Assembly: GCA_964549045.1 (NCBI GenBank)
Contig: CAZJUA010000022.1
Coordinates: 33,422 to 97,421 of the forward strand
Direction of reading: 5' to 3'
DNA length: 64,000 nucleotides
DNA from: an uncultured bacterium
Lineage (GTDB): Bacteria; Deinococcota; Deinococci; Deinococcales; Trueperaceae
Position numbers and translations under genes: made by a program. Under the pieces are notes generated by a model. That model had not been told where the DNA came from. It saw nothing but the letters and a program-made list of their open reading frames with translations, and did no database searches. Each line of letters starts with the position of its first letter. Position 1 is the first letter of the stretch. Below, one piece after another: positions 10,223 to 19,191 of this stretch.

Positions 10223-11632
10223 TCAGTTCGCGCTGGCGTCCGCGTCGGCGGGCGCCTCGGTCGATGGGGGGTGGCTGCGGACGGTCACGCGGTTGCCTTC
10301 GACACGCGCGACGCGGACCGGGGTGCCGGCGATGATGAAGTCGCCCAGCGTCACGACGTCGACGCGTTCGTCACCGAAGCGCGCGAGGCCGGCTGGGCGG
10401 AGGTCGGTGAGCGCCGTGCCCACGGCGCCCTCGAGGTCGACGCGCTCGCCGGCACGACCGGGTGTCGCCACGGCGTCGTCGGGGGAGCGCCCGATGCGGG
10501 TCGCGAGGCGCAGGCGCCCCGCGAGCCGCGAGTACGGCAAGAACCACAGCAGACCGGCGAGCATGAGGCCCGCCAACACCGTGCTGGTGCCGAGCACGGT
10601 CAGCCAGCTCTCCTGGAAGACGCGGAAGATGGCGTAGGCCAGCACGCCGATGCCGAGCACGCCCGCGACGCCGAAGCCGGGGATGACCAGGGCCTCCACC
10701 GCGAGGAGCACCACCCCCACGAGGATCAGGGCGAGGTCGAAGCCGGTCGCCGGCGTCGCGACCACGGCGGTCAACGCGAGCAGCGCCAGCGCCAGCAGAC
10801 CGATGCCACCGGGGATGCCGAAGCCCGGGCTGAAGAATTCGAGCAGGAGGCCGCCGATGCCGAGCACCAGCAGGACGGCGACGATGATCGGGTTGGCCAG
10901 CCAGGTGCCCACCCGTTCGGTGAGGTTCGGCTCGAGCCGCTCGAGGCTGGCGCCGGCGTAGCCGAAGAGCTCCACCGCCTCCTGCAGCGTGCGGGCCTCG
11001 AAGTCGGCGATCCCGAACTGCACGGCCTGACCGGCGGTCAGGGTCACCAGCTCCTCGCTGCTGGCGATGCCGGGCACCTCGACGCGGGCGTCGACCATGC
11101 CCTCAGCGATGCGCGGATCGCGCCCGCGGGCCTCGGCGACGGCCCGGAACTCGCCACGGACCGCGGAGTTGAACTTCTCCTCGACCGGGGCGATGCCGAG
11201 GGGCGTCGCGACGATCGGGGTCGCGGCGCCGATGGCCGAACCCGGCAGCATGGCGACTTGCTCGGCCGCCATGGCGATCAGCGCGCCCGCCGAGAAGGCG
11301 TTGCGCACGACCGCCATCGTCGGCACCTGGGCGCGGTTGAGGATGTCCTCGACGATGCGCTGCATGGCGGTCACCGAGCCGCCCGGGGTGTCGACGTAGA
11401 AGAGCAGAGCGAGCGGCTGCTCCCGGTTCGCGCGTTCGACACGGGCACGGACGAACTGGGCGGTGGCTGCGGTGATCTCGGTATCGATGGGCACGAGCCA
11501 CACGGCGTCGCGGTCCTGGGCGGACGCGCGCGGCTGCAGGGCGGCCAGCGTGCCGGCGGCGAGGAACAGCGCGATCACGCCCCAGCGCAGCGAGGGTGCG
11601 GTTCGAAGCCAGGCACGGACGACGGCTCTCAC
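10223..11632 (-). CDS. NfeD-family membrane-bound ClpP-class serine protease (YqeZ-like)
   Basis: 469 aa made of a signal sequence, a ClpP-like domain (VDTPGGSVTAMQRIV), a multi-TM block and a C-terminal NfeD OB-fold (GTPVRVARVEGNRVTV). It lies immediately upstream of floA. Confidence 0.85.
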   Translation of the reverse strand: MRAVVRAWLRTAPSLRWGVIALFLAAGTLAALQPRASAQDRDAVWLVPIDTEITAATAQFVRARVERANREQPLALLFYVDTPGGSVTAMQRIVEDILNRAQVPTMAVVRNAFSAGALIAMAAEQVAMLPGSAIGAATPIVATPLGIAPVEEKFNSAVRGEFRAVAEARGRDPRIAEGMVDARVEVPGIASSEELVTLTAGQAVQFGIADFEARTLQEAVELFGYAGASLERLEPNLTERVGTWLANPIIVAVLLVLGIGGLLLEFFSPGFGIPGGIGLLALALLALTAVVATPATGFDLALILVGVVLLAVEALVIPGFGVAGVLGIGVLAYAIFRVFQESWLTVLGTSTVLAGLMLAGLLWFLPYSRLAGRLRLATRIGRSPDDAVATPGRAGERVDLEGAVGTALTDLRPAGLARFGDERVDVVTLGDFIIAGTPVRVARVEGNRVTVRSHPPSTEAPADADASAN

Positions 11633-11638
11633 GCGAAG

Positions 11639-11647
11639 AGGCTACCA
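11639..11647 (-). promoter_or_regulatory. Extended -10 (TGGTAGCCT) 6 nt upstream of the nfeD GTG; leaderless-type promoter
   Basis: The minus-sense sequence reads cgTGGTAGCCTcttcgcGTG, with no SD. Confidence 0.5.
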
Positions 11648-11756
11648 CGGCGGGCTGCCGCTCTCCGGGCGCCTGGCCACCAATGGGCGGCCTCGTTCGG
11701 CCCGCGCGGTGCCGTGGTGGCCATCCGTGCGACGGCTTGGCACGCGCGTGCGGGCG

Positions 11757-11765
11757 TGGTAGCAT
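11757..11765 (+). promoter_or_regulatory. Extended -10 (TGGTAGCAT) upstream of tRNA-Trp
   Basis: gcgTGGTAGCAT lies 20 nt before the mature tRNA 5' end. Confidence 0.45.
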
Positions 11766-11785
11766 CCTCGCCGCGGTCGGAGCGG

Positions 11786-11861
<76 letters not shown>

Positions 11862-11999
11862 ACCGATCGCGTGCGGCCCCCTGGCGGGGGCCGCCGTCCT
11901 TGCTGGGCGCCGACGCGGCGTTCCCCGTCGCATGCGTGCGCGGCGCGCCGGCAGGCCCGTGCTATACCAACCCTAGTGAACCGCTAGGGATGCCCGGAG

Positions 12000-12431
12000 G
12001 TGCCCGTGCCACAGACCCACCACGCGTCGAGCCCCGGCGCCCGACCGCCAACCGATCCGCTCGAACGCGTCACGTTCTCGGCGGCGGGCGCGGCCAAGGC
12101 GTCCGCCCTCCTCGCCGATCAGCCATCCGCCGCGGCGATCCGCGTGTTCATCAAGTCCGGAGGCTGCTCCGGCTACAGCTACGGCATGTCGATCGACGAG
12201 CAGCGGCTCGACGGCGACCGCGAGTTCGCCGATGGCGGTGCCCGGGTGGTCGTCGACGCCCGCAGTTGGCCGCTGCTGCGCGGCAGCGAGATCGACTACG
12301 TCGAGAACATGATGGGCGGCGGCTTCCACGTCACCAACCCCAACGCGACCAGCGCCTGCGGCTGCGGTAGCAGCTTCCGCACGGACGGACGGGCGGCCCC
12401 CGACGGCGAGGGCAGCGGCGGCTGCGGCTGA
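12000..12431 (+). CDS. erpA: Iron-sulfur cluster insertion protein (HesB/IscA/ErpA family)
   Basis: Contains [13 protein letters not shown] and [14 protein letters not shown], the family cysteine motifs. The likely true start is the GTG at 12006, which has GGAGG 5 nt upstream. The protein has an 18-aa Gly-rich C-terminal tail. Confidence 0.85.
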   Translation: MPVPQTHHASSPGARPPTDPLERVTFSAAGAAKASALLADQPSAAAIRVFIKSGGCSGYSYGMSIDEQRLDGDREFADGGARVVVDARSWPLLRGSEIDYVENMMGGGFHVTNPNATSACGCGSSFRTDGRAAPDGEGSGGCG

Positions 12432-12454
12432 GGTCCGCTCCTCGTTCCACGCAG

Positions 12455-12486
12455 GCGGCCCGCCCCGGATCTCCGGGGCGGGCCGC
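12455..12486. terminator. Bidirectional terminator hairpin between convergent erpA and gcvPB
   Basis: A perfect 14-bp stem GCGGCCCGCCCCGG/CCGGGGCGGGCCGC with loop ATCT. A second perfect 20-nt palindrome CGAGCGAGCGCGCTCGCTCG follows at 12499-12518. Confidence 0.6.
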
Positions 12487-12532
12487 GCTCTTGCGCGCCG
12501 AGCGAGCGCGCTCGCTCGCCGAGGGCGCTCGC

Positions 12533-13975
12533 TCAGTCGGCCGCGAACCCGAAGCGCAGCACGGGCTTGCGGGCGGCGTTCGTCTCGTCGAGACGGCGCA
12601 CCGGTGTGTGGTGGGGTGCGCCCGCCAGGTACGCCGGGTCGGCCCCCGCGCGATCCAGGACCTCGGCCAGGATGTCCGCGTAGGCGTCGAGCGTCTCGAG
12701 CGATTCGGTCTCCGTCGGCTCGACCATCATCGCCTCCTTGACGATCAACGGGAAGTAGACCGTCATCGGGTGGACGCCGTGGTCCAAGAGCGCCTTGGCG
12801 ATGTCGAGGGTGCGCAGGCCGGCCGGGGGCTGCGCGACGAACTCGTGCATGTTGATGCGATCGAAGGCGATCGTGAAGCCCGCCTCCTTCATCTTCACGC
12901 GCAGGTAGTTGGCGTTGAGGACGGCCATGCTGCTCACCTGCCGCAGGCCCTCGGCGCCGAGGGTGCGGATGTAGGCGTAGGCGCGCACGAGGTTGCCGAC
13001 GTTGCCGTAGAAGCTGCGCATGCGGCCGATCGAACGCGGTCGGTCCGTGTCGAGGACGTAGCGGTCGCCCTCGCGCTCGACCAGTGGCACCGGCAGGAAG
13101 GGCGCCAGGTGCGCCTTGACGCCCACGGGTCCGGTCCCGGGACCGCCGCCGCCGTGCGGCGTGGTGAAGGTCTTGTGCAGGTTGAGGTGCACGACGTCGA
13201 AGCCCATGTCGCCGGGGCGCGCCCGCCCGACGACCGCGTTGAGGTTGGCGCCGTCGTAGTACAGCTGGGCGCCGACCGCATGGGCGGCCTCGGACATGCG
13301 CAGGATGCGTCGCTCGAAGATGCCGAGGGTGTTGGGGTTGGTCAGCATGACGGCGGCCGTGTCCGGACCGAGCGACGCCTCGAAGGCGTCGATGTCGACC
13401 TCGCCGTCGGGTCCCGTGGGCACCTCGACGACGTCGTAACCCGCCATCGACGCGGTGGCGGGGTTGGTCCCGTGGGCGCCGTCGGGGCAGATGACGACGC
13501 GCCGCTGCTCGCCCTCGCCGTTCGCCTCGTGGTACGCGCGGATCATGAGGATCCCGGTCAACTCCCCGTGCGCGCCGGCCGCCGGCTGCAGGCTGATCGC
13601 GTCCATGCCGGTGATCGTCGCCAGGTCGCCCTGGAGGCCGTGCAGCAAGGCCAGGATGCCCTGTGCGTGGTCGGGATCCTGGTAGGGGTGCAGGTCGAGG
13701 AAGCGGTCCGCCGCGTCCTCGTGGAGCTTGGGGTTGTACTTCATCGTGCAGCTGCCGAGCGGGTAGAAGTTGCCGTCGATCGAGAACTGGCGGTGCGCCA
13801 GCTGGGTGTAGTGGCGCACGAGGTCGAGCTCGGAGACCTCGGGCAGGCGTGGCGGGGGGGCCCGCAGCGTCTCCTCGCCCAACAGCTCCGCCATGCTGGA
13901 ACCCTCCGTCACCGGCGGGCGAGCGGCGCGGCGGCCGGGCGCGCTGCGTTCGAACACGAGCGGGAAGTCGCTCAC
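12533..13975 (-). CDS. gcvPB: Glycine dehydrogenase (decarboxylating) subunit 2
   Basis: 480 aa with HLNLHKTFTTPHGGGGPG, the PLP-lysine region of GcvPB. The GTG start overlaps the gcvPA stop as GTGA. Confidence 0.95.
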   Translation of the reverse strand: MSDFPLVFERSAPGRRAARPPVTEGSSMAELLGEETLRAPPPRLPEVSELDLVRHYTQLAHRQFSIDGNFYPLGSCTMKYNPKLHEDAADRFLDLHPYQDPDHAQGILALLHGLQGDLATITGMDAISLQPAAGAHGELTGILMIRAYHEANGEGEQRRVVICPDGAHGTNPATASMAGYDVVEVPTGPDGEVDIDAFEASLGPDTAAVMLTNPNTLGIFERRILRMSEAAHAVGAQLYYDGANLNAVVGRARPGDMGFDVVHLNLHKTFTTPHGGGGPGTGPVGVKAHLAPFLPVPLVEREGDRYVLDTDRPRSIGRMRSFYGNVGNLVRAYAYIRTLGAEGLRQVSSMAVLNANYLRVKMKEAGFTIAFDRINMHEFVAQPPAGLRTLDIAKALLDHGVHPMTVYFPLIVKEAMMVEPTETESLETLDAYADILAEVLDRAGADPAYLAGAPHHTPVRRLDETNAARKPVLRFGFAAD

Positions 13976-15321
13976 GCCACCACCTCCGTTCCGACCACGC
14001 CGAGCTCGCCGACGTCGTGCAGCGCGGCGAGCAGGGCCTCGATGTCGGCGTCCGTCGTCAGCTCCGTCGCCGCCAGCGTGACGCCGTTGCCGATGCCGTA
14101 CTCGGCGGGAACGGGAACGCCAGCCCGGACACCACGCTTCGCCAGCCGGCGGCGCAGGGTGGCGCCCTCGGCCCGCGTCTTCAGGACGAACTCCGCGAAG
14201 AAGCGCTCGTTGGGCGCGACGTCGGCGCCGGCGGAGCGCAGGGCGGCGGCGAGCTGATGCGCGCGCCGAACGGTCCCTTCGGCCATCTCTCGCAGGCCGG
14301 CGGGGCCGAGCGCCGCCATGTTGACGGTGGCGAGGAGGGCCGCCAGCTGGTGGTTCGAGCAGATGTTCGACTTGGCCTTGGAACGGCGGATGTGCTGCTC
14401 GCGCGCCTGCAGCGTCAGCACGAAGGCACGGCGCCCGTCCACGTCGCTCGTCTGCCCCACGAGCCGCCCGGGCAGTTGCCGCAGGAGGGCGTCCGTGACG
14501 ACCATGAAGCCGAAGGCGGGACCGCCGAACTGCATCGGCACGCCGAGCACCTGGCCGTCGCCGACCGCGACGTCGGCCCCGTAACTGCCCGGCTCGCGCA
14601 GCACGGCCAGCGCCAGGGGATCGACCACCGCGATCAGGAGCGCGCCCGCCGCGTGGGCGGCGGCGGCCATCGCCGGCATGGCCTCGAGGTAGCCCAGGTG
14701 GTTGGGGTCCTGGACGATCAGGGCCGCGACGTGGTCACCGACCACGGGCACCGGCGTGGTGAGCGACGGCTCGAGATCGACGACCTCGATGTCGATGTCG
14801 AGCGGCCAGAGGTAGGTCTGGAGCACCTCGCGGGTCTCGGGGTGCACGGCCCGCGACACCAGGACGGTCTCGCGCCGCGTCTGCCGCACGGCGAGCAGGG
14901 CGGCCTCGGCCACCGCCGAGGCGCCGTCGTACATCGAGGCGTTGGCGATCGGGAGCCCGGTGAGCTCGGACATCATCGTCTGGAACTCGAACGTCGATTG
15001 CAGGACACCCTGGGCGACCTCGGCCTGGTAGGGCGTGTAGGCGGTGACGAACTCGCCCTGCATCGCCAGCCGCGGCGTGACCGCGGGGATGAAGTGTCGC
15101 CGCACGCCACCGCCGAGGAACGTGGGGACCGCCTGCTGGTCGAGGGCTGCGAGCGCGTCGAGGTGAGCGAGCAGCGTCACCTCGTCCATCGGCGCGGGGA
15201 GGTCCAGCGGTGGGTCGAGGATCTCCGCCGGTACGTCCACGAACAGGTCGTCGACGCCGTCGACACCGATCGCCGCCAGCGCCCGCCGCACGTCCTCGTC
15301 GGTGTGCGGGACGTAGGGCAC
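13972..15321 (-). CDS. gcvPA: Glycine dehydrogenase (decarboxylating) subunit 1
   Basis: The track ORF (565 aa) is trimmed to the GTG at 15321, giving the canonical VPYVPHTDEDVRRAL N-terminus. That start is 2 nt after the gcvH stop. Confidence 0.9.
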   Translation of the reverse strand: MPYVPHTDEDVRRALAAIGVDGVDDLFVDVPAEILDPPLDLPAPMDEVTLLAHLDALAALDQQAVPTFLGGGVRRHFIPAVTPRLAMQGEFVTAYTPYQAEVAQGVLQSTFEFQTMMSELTGLPIANASMYDGASAVAEAALLAVRQTRRETVLVSRAVHPETREVLQTYLWPLDIDIEVVDLEPSLTTPVPVVGDHVAALIVQDPNHLGYLEAMPAMAAAAHAAGALLIAVVDPLALAVLREPGSYGADVAVGDGQVLGVPMQFGGPAFGFMVVTDALLRQLPGRLVGQTSDVDGRRAFVLTLQAREQHIRRSKAKSNICSNHQLAALLATVNMAALGPAGLREMAEGTVRRAHQLAAALRSAGADVAPNERFFAEFVLKTRAEGATLRRRLAKRGVRAGVPVPAEYGIGNGVTLAATELTTDADIEALLAALHDVGELGVVGTEVVA

Positions 15322-15323
15322 GC

Positions 15324-15710
15324 TCAGCCTTCCTCGGCCACCGCAGCGTAGGCGTCCGCGTCGAGCATGCCGCCCCAGGCGTCGGCGTCGGCCACCCGCA
15401 GCCGGAACAACCAGCCCTCGCCGTAGGCGTCGGTGTTGATCGCCTCGGGGGCGTCGAGGAGCGCACCGTTGACCTCGACGACCTCGCCGGCCAGCGGCGC
15501 GTAGATGTCCGACGCCGTCTTCACGGACTCGACGACCGCGGCGGCCTCGCCGGCCGCCAGCGTGCGCCCGACGTCGGGCAGCTCGACGAACACGACGTCG
15601 CCGAGCTGGTCCTGGGCGAAGTCGGTGATGCCGACGGTCACGATGCCGTCGGTCGGCTCGGTGGCCCACTCGTGGGAGGCGGCGAAGCGAAGCTCTTCCG
15701 GGATCTTCAT
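15324..15710 (-). CDS. gcvH: Glycine cleavage system H protein
   Basis: 128 aa with the lipoyl-lysine motif [12 protein letters not shown]. Confidence 0.95.
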   Translation of the reverse strand: MKIPEELRFAASHEWATEPTDGIVTVGITDFAQDQLGDVVFVELPDVGRTLAAGEAAAVVESVKTASDIYAPLAGEVVEVNGALLDAPEAINTDAYGEGWLFRLRVADADAWGGMLDADAYAAVAEEG

Positions 15711-15744
15711 GGGTGGTCTCCTCGACTCATCAGCGTACAGGGAC

Positions 15745-16821
15745 TCACGGACGGTAGAAGGGGGGCGGCGTGACGGTCGCGGCCACGGGCTGCCCGCGGA
15801 TCTCGACGGCGATGCGGGCGCCCGCGTCGGCGCGCGCCGCGTCGACCCAGGCGAGCGCGATGCTCGTGCGCGTCAGGGGCGAGACGGTCCCCGACGTGAC
15901 CCGGCCGATCTCGCCTCCCGCCTCGTCCAGCACGCGGTAGCCGTCGCGCGCGATGCCACGCCCCTCGAGCACGAGGCCGACCAGGCGACGCGGGCACCCG
16001 CCGGCGCGCAGCGCCTCCAGGCCGAACGCCGGCTTGTCCTTGACGACCCACGCGAAGGGGGTGCAGAGCGGGTTGCTGCGGTCGTCGAGTTCGTGTCCGA
16101 AGAGCGGGAAGCCGGCCTCCAGCCGCAGCGTGTCGCGCGCCCCCAGGCCGCAGGGCGTGACGCCGGCCTCGAGCAGCAGGCGCCACACGGCGGCGGCATC
16201 GACCGGTCGGCAGAAGACCTCGAAGCCGTCCTCGCCGGTGTACCCCGTGCGCGCGAGCCGCACCGGCATCCCCGAGAGGGCCGTGTCGACCAGCCGGTTC
16301 TTGCGGACGGCGGTCAGGTCCGCGTCCGCCAGTCGGTCGAGCTTGGTGGCCGCGCTCGGGCCCTGGACCGCGAGCAGGGCCCAGGCGTCCGACTCGTCGC
16401 GGACGACGACCCGGAACGGGCCCGGCGTCGGCGCCGTCGCGATCGCCTGGAGGTGGTCGAGGACCGCTTCGACGTTGGCGGCGTTGGCGACCACCAAGAA
16501 GCTCTCGTCGACGTCGCGGTAGACGTAGAGGTCGTCGATCAGGCCCCCGTGGTCGTTCTGCAGCATGCTGTACTGCCCCTGGCCCGGGCGCAGCTTCGCC
16601 GGGTCGTTGAGCGTGGCCCACGACAGGAACGGCGTCGCGTCGGGGCCCAGGATGCGGAGCTGTCCCATGTGGCTGACGTCGAACACGCCGGCGTCCTGAC
16701 GCACGGCGAGGTGTTCCTGCGGGATGCCGGTCGGGTACTGGATCGGCATGCGCCAGCCGGCGAAGTCGACCATGCGCCCGTTCAGGGCGACGTGCTCGTC
16801 GTGCAACGGGGTCTGCCTCAT
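15745..16821 (-). CDS. gcvT: Aminomethyltransferase (glycine cleavage T protein)
   Basis: 358 aa reading [29 protein letters not shown].., the typical GcvT N-terminus. It heads the gcvT-H-PA-PB operon. Confidence 0.95.
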   Translation of the reverse strand: MRQTPLHDEHVALNGRMVDFAGWRMPIQYPTGIPQEHLAVRQDAGVFDVSHMGQLRILGPDATPFLSWATLNDPAKLRPGQGQYSMLQNDHGGLIDDLYVYRDVDESFLVVANAANVEAVLDHLQAIATAPTPGPFRVVVRDESDAWALLAVQGPSAATKLDRLADADLTAVRKNRLVDTALSGMPVRLARTGYTGEDGFEVFCRPVDAAAVWRLLLEAGVTPCGLGARDTLRLEAGFPLFGHELDDRSNPLCTPFAWVVKDKPAFGLEALRAGGCPRRLVGLVLEGRGIARDGYRVLDEAGGEIGRVTSGTVSPLTRTSIALAWVDAARADAGARIAVEIRGQPVAATVTPPPFYRP

Positions 16822-16827
16822 GCGGCC

Positions 16828-16833
16828 AGGCTA
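16828..16833 (-). promoter_or_regulatory. -10 element (cggTAGCCT) 6 nt upstream of the gcvT ATG; leaderless-type promoter
   Basis: The minus-sense sequence reads gcggTAGCCTggccgcATG. Confidence 0.45.
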
Positions 16834-16868
16834 CCGCGCCCGGTGGGCGGCGGGGGCCCCGGGCGGAC

Positions 16869-16890
16869 CCGGCTCGCGCGCGCGAGCCGG
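16869..16890 (-). terminator. Hairpin (22-nt perfect palindrome) immediately downstream of mglA
   Basis: CCGGCTCGCGCGCGCGAGCCGG lies 5 nt after the mglA stop. It has no U-tract. It separates mglBA from the gcvT promoter. Confidence 0.45.
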
Positions 16891-16895
16891 CGCGC

Positions 16896-17486
16896 TCAGG
16901 CGCGCTGGGCCAGCTTCTCCAGCACCAGTTTCGAGACCGCCTTGAGCGGCTCGATCACGCCGACGTGCTGCTGGGCGACCGCCTCGAACAGCGGCGCTCT
17001 GCCGTCGGGGTCGAGGACGGCGCGGATCATGTCGACCGGCAGGGCGTCGGGCAGGTCGCGCTTGTTCACCTGGATGACGTACGGGAGGTCGCCGAGTGAC
17101 AGGCCGTGCTCGGCGAGGTTCTCCCGCAGGTTGCGCAACGACTCCGCGTTGGCGCGCAGCCGGTTCGGGGCCGAGTCCGCCACGAAGACGACGCCGTCGA
17201 CGCCGCGAAGGATGAGGCGCCGGCTGGCGTTGTAGAAGACCTGACCCGGCACGGTGTAGAGGTGGAAGCGCGTCTTGAAGCCGTTGACCTTGCCGAGGTC
17301 GAGCGGCAGGAAGTCGAAGAAGAGGGTGCGTTCGTCCTCCGTCTGCAGGGAGACCATCTCGCCCTTCGACTCCACGGGGACGTGCGCATGGATCTGCTTG
17401 AGGTTCGTGGTCTTGCCCGAGAGCCCCGGCCCGTAGTACACGAGCTTGAAGTTGATCTCGCGGGCGGCGAAGTTGATCGTGCTCAT
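16896..17486 (-). CDS. mglA: Ras-like small GTPase MglA
   Basis: 196 aa with the P-loop [17 protein letters not shown] (switch II) and NKRD. The [17 protein letters not shown]-terminus is characteristic of MglA. Confidence 0.9.
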   Translation of the reverse strand: MSTINFAAREINFKLVYYGPGLSGKTTNLKQIHAHVPVESKGEMVSLQTEDERTLFFDFLPLDLGKVNGFKTRFHLYTVPGQVFYNASRRLILRGVDGVVFVADSAPNRLRANAESLRNLRENLAEHGLSLGDLPYVIQVNKRDLPDALPVDMIRAVLDPDGRAPLFEAVAQQHVGVIEPLKAVSKLVLEKLAQRA

Positions 17487-17986
17487 GGCGTCTTCCCGTC
17501 CCCGAACAACTCGTCGAGCAGCGCGCCGGCGTGGAGGCTGAAGCTGCCACCGATGTCGGCCGCCGGGGCCGCCTCGCGGGTCTCGTCGAGCACCGCCTCG
17601 ATGCGCTCCAGCGCACGTTTGGCGAAGAGCTTGACCTTGCCGAGTGGCGCCGAGGCGTCGAACACCGTCACCAGCAGGGCCTTGTCGCCGACGGCCTCGA
17701 CGTACGTGCCGACCCCGTCGCTCTGCTGCACCGTCTCGCGGAAGCTCGCCTCGCCGAAGAGCTGGGCGATCGCCTCGTTCGCCGAGTGGTTCGACGCGAT
17801 GAGCGTCGCCAGCGAGTCGAGCGAGGGTGGCTTCGGCGCCCAGGCGGCGCGGCGGTGGAGGATGACGAAGCCTTGGCGGTCGATCAGCAGCGCGTAGCGT
17901 GCGCGGCTCTGCGTGAGCAGGTCGACCAGCAGGCCCTCGACCCGCTCGGCCGCCTCACCGTAGAGATCGAGCGAAGGCTCCAGCAT
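17483..17986 (-). CDS. mglB: Roadblock/LC7-domain protein MglB (GAP of MglA)
   Basis: 167 aa with a Roadblock-like pattern ([12 protein letters not shown]..). It is translationally coupled to mglA through an ATGA overlap at 17483-17486. Confidence 0.8.
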   Translation of the reverse strand: MLEPSLDLYGEAAERVEGLLVDLLTQSRARYALLIDRQGFVILHRRAAWAPKPPSLDSLATLIASNHSANEAIAQLFGEASFRETVQQSDGVGTYVEAVGDKALLVTVFDASAPLGKVKLFAKRALERIEAVLDETREAAPAADIGGSFSLHAGALLDELFGDGKTP

Positions 17987-17991
17987 GGGTC

Positions 17992-17997
17992 ATGCTA
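17992..17997 (-). promoter_or_regulatory. -10 element (TTAGCAT) 5 nt upstream of the mglB ATG; leaderless-type promoter
   Basis: The minus-sense sequence reads gcgTTAGCATgacccATG. Confidence 0.4.
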
Positions 17998-18068
17998 ACG
18001 CCCGCCCTCGGGTGCCGGCGTGAAGCTCCCCCCACTGGCGTGGGGTGCCGCCGTGCGCCCGTGCCGCG

Positions 18069-18077
18069 TGGTAGACC
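18069..18077 (+). promoter_or_regulatory. Extended -10 (TGGTAGACC) 6 nt upstream of the nagB GTG; leaderless-type promoter
   Basis: The sequence reads gcgTGGTAGACCatcaccGTG. Confidence 0.4.
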
Positions 18078-18083
18078 ATCACC

Positions 18084-18887
18084 GTGGAGATCCTCATCCG
18101 CCCGTCCGCGGCGCACGTGGCCCGCCTGGTGGCGCGCCTCGTCGCCGATCGCGTCCGCGCGAAGCCGGAGCTCGTCCTCGGCTGCGCCACCGGCCGGACC
18201 ATGGAGTCCGTCTACGACGAGCTCGTCGCCGAGCACGGCGCAGGCCGGGTCGACCTCCGGCACGTGCGTACCTTCAACCTCGACGAGTACGTGGGTCTCG
18301 CGCCCGATGACCCTGGCTCGTACCACCACTACATGCGCGAGCGGCTCTTCGATCGTGTCGGCCTTCCGCTCGAGCGCACGCGCCTCCCCAACGGCGTCGC
18401 CCCCGACCTCGCGGCCGAGGCGCGGGCGTACGAGCGGGCGATCGTCGAGGCCGGGGGGATCGACCTGCAGCTGCTCGGCCTGGGGGTGACCGGCCACATC
18501 GGCTTCAACGAGCCACTGTCCGCGCTGATGTCGCGGACGCGCGAGAAGGCGCTGACGCCGACGACGCGGGCGCAGAACGCCGAGATGTTCGGCGGCGACC
18601 CGGCGGCCGTGCCGTCGCGCGCCCTGACGATGGGCGTCGGGACGATCCTGGAGGCCCGCGAGGTGCTGCTCGTCGCCACCGGCGCCGCCAAGGCGGCCAT
18701 CCTGGCGCGCGCGACGGAGGGGCCGATCACGGCCCGCATCAGCGCCACGGCGTTGCAGCTCCACCCGAACTGCAAGGTGGTCGTCGACGAGGCGGCGGCG
18801 AGCGCCCTCGAGGGCGGGGCGTACTACCGCTTCGCCTACGCCCACGAGCCCGAGTGGGCGCCCTACCGAGCCGACCCGAGCCTCTGA
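18084..18887 (+). CDS. nagB: Glucosamine-6-phosphate deaminase
   Basis: 267 aa containing LGCATGRT, FNLDEYVGL and GLGVTGHIGFNEP, the NagB signature blocks. GTG start. Confidence 0.9.
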   Translation: MEILIRPSAAHVARLVARLVADRVRAKPELVLGCATGRTMESVYDELVAEHGAGRVDLRHVRTFNLDEYVGLAPDDPGSYHHYMRERLFDRVGLPLERTRLPNGVAPDLAAEARAYERAIVEAGGIDLQLLGLGVTGHIGFNEPLSALMSRTREKALTPTTRAQNAEMFGGDPAAVPSRALTMGVGTILEAREVLLVATGAAKAAILARATEGPITARISATALQLHPNCKVVVDEAAASALEGGAYYRFAYAHEPEWAPYRADPSL

Positions 18888-18908
18888 GCACGACGCGTCG
18901 CGGAGCGC

Positions 18909-18935
18909 TTGCCGGGGATGGGCCGAGGGTAGTAT
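18909..18935 (+). promoter_or_regulatory. Candidate promoter TTGCCG-15 nt-TAGTAT upstream of tRNA(CAT)
   Basis: A good -10 (TAGTAT) sits 35 nt before the tRNA. The spacer is short at 15 nt. Confidence 0.35.
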
Positions 18936-18970
18936 GTTCGGACGCGCGCGGCGGCCGCCCGCCGCGCCAT

Positions 18971-19047
18971 GGCGATGTAGCTCAGCTGGTTAGAGCGCAC
19001 GACTCATAATCGTGAGGTCGACGGTTCGAGCCCGTCCATCGCTACCA
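18971..19047 (+). tRNA. tRNA with CAT anticodon (elongator Met or lysidine-modified Ile2)
   Basis: Manual cloverleaf: D arm GCTC/GAGC, anticodon arm CACGA-CTCATAA-TCGTG, T arm GACGG-TTCGAGC-CCGTC, CCA encoded. It has a G1-U72 wobble and lacks the three G-C pairs in the anticodon stem typical of initiator tRNA. Confidence 0.85.
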
Positions 19048-19054
19048 CGACGCC

Positions 19055-19079
19055 GCGCCCCGGTCGATGACCGGGGCGC
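19055..19079. terminator. Bidirectional hairpin between convergent tRNA(CAT) and tRNA-Leu
   Basis: An 11-bp stem GCGCCCCGGTC/GACCGGGGCGC with loop GAT. Confidence 0.55.
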
Positions 19080-19098
19080 GCTCGTTCGTGACGGGCTC

Positions 19099-19184
19099 TG
19101 GTGCCGGGAGCGGGATTCGAACCCGCACGCCCTCGCGGGCAGGAGATTTTAAGTCTCGTGCGTCTACCGTTCCGCCATCCCGGC
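19099..19184 (-). tRNA. tRNA-Leu (anticodon TAA), class II with long variable arm
   Basis: The reverse complement reads GCCGGGATGGCGGAACGGTAGACGCACGAGACTTAAAATCTCC-TGCCCGCGAGGGCGT-GCGGGTTCGAATCCCGCTCCCGGCACCA. The anticodon loop is CTTAAAA. It begins 7 nt after the glpD stop codon. Confidence 0.85.
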
Positions 19185-19191
19185 CGGGCCC

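Noticed and set aside
16822-16895. Glycine riboswitch upstream of gcvT
   Set aside because: Only 74 nt separate the gcvT ATG from the mglA stop. A 22-nt palindrome occupies part of that gap, and a -10 element sits 6 nt from the ATG. There is neither the length nor the conserved aptamer core for a glycine riboswitch.
18971-19184. tRNA pairs as integration hot-spots for mobile elements (also 45002-45196)
   Set aside because: No integrase, no duplicated tRNA 3' ends and no compositional shift flank these tRNAs. The neighbours are core metabolic and replication genes.
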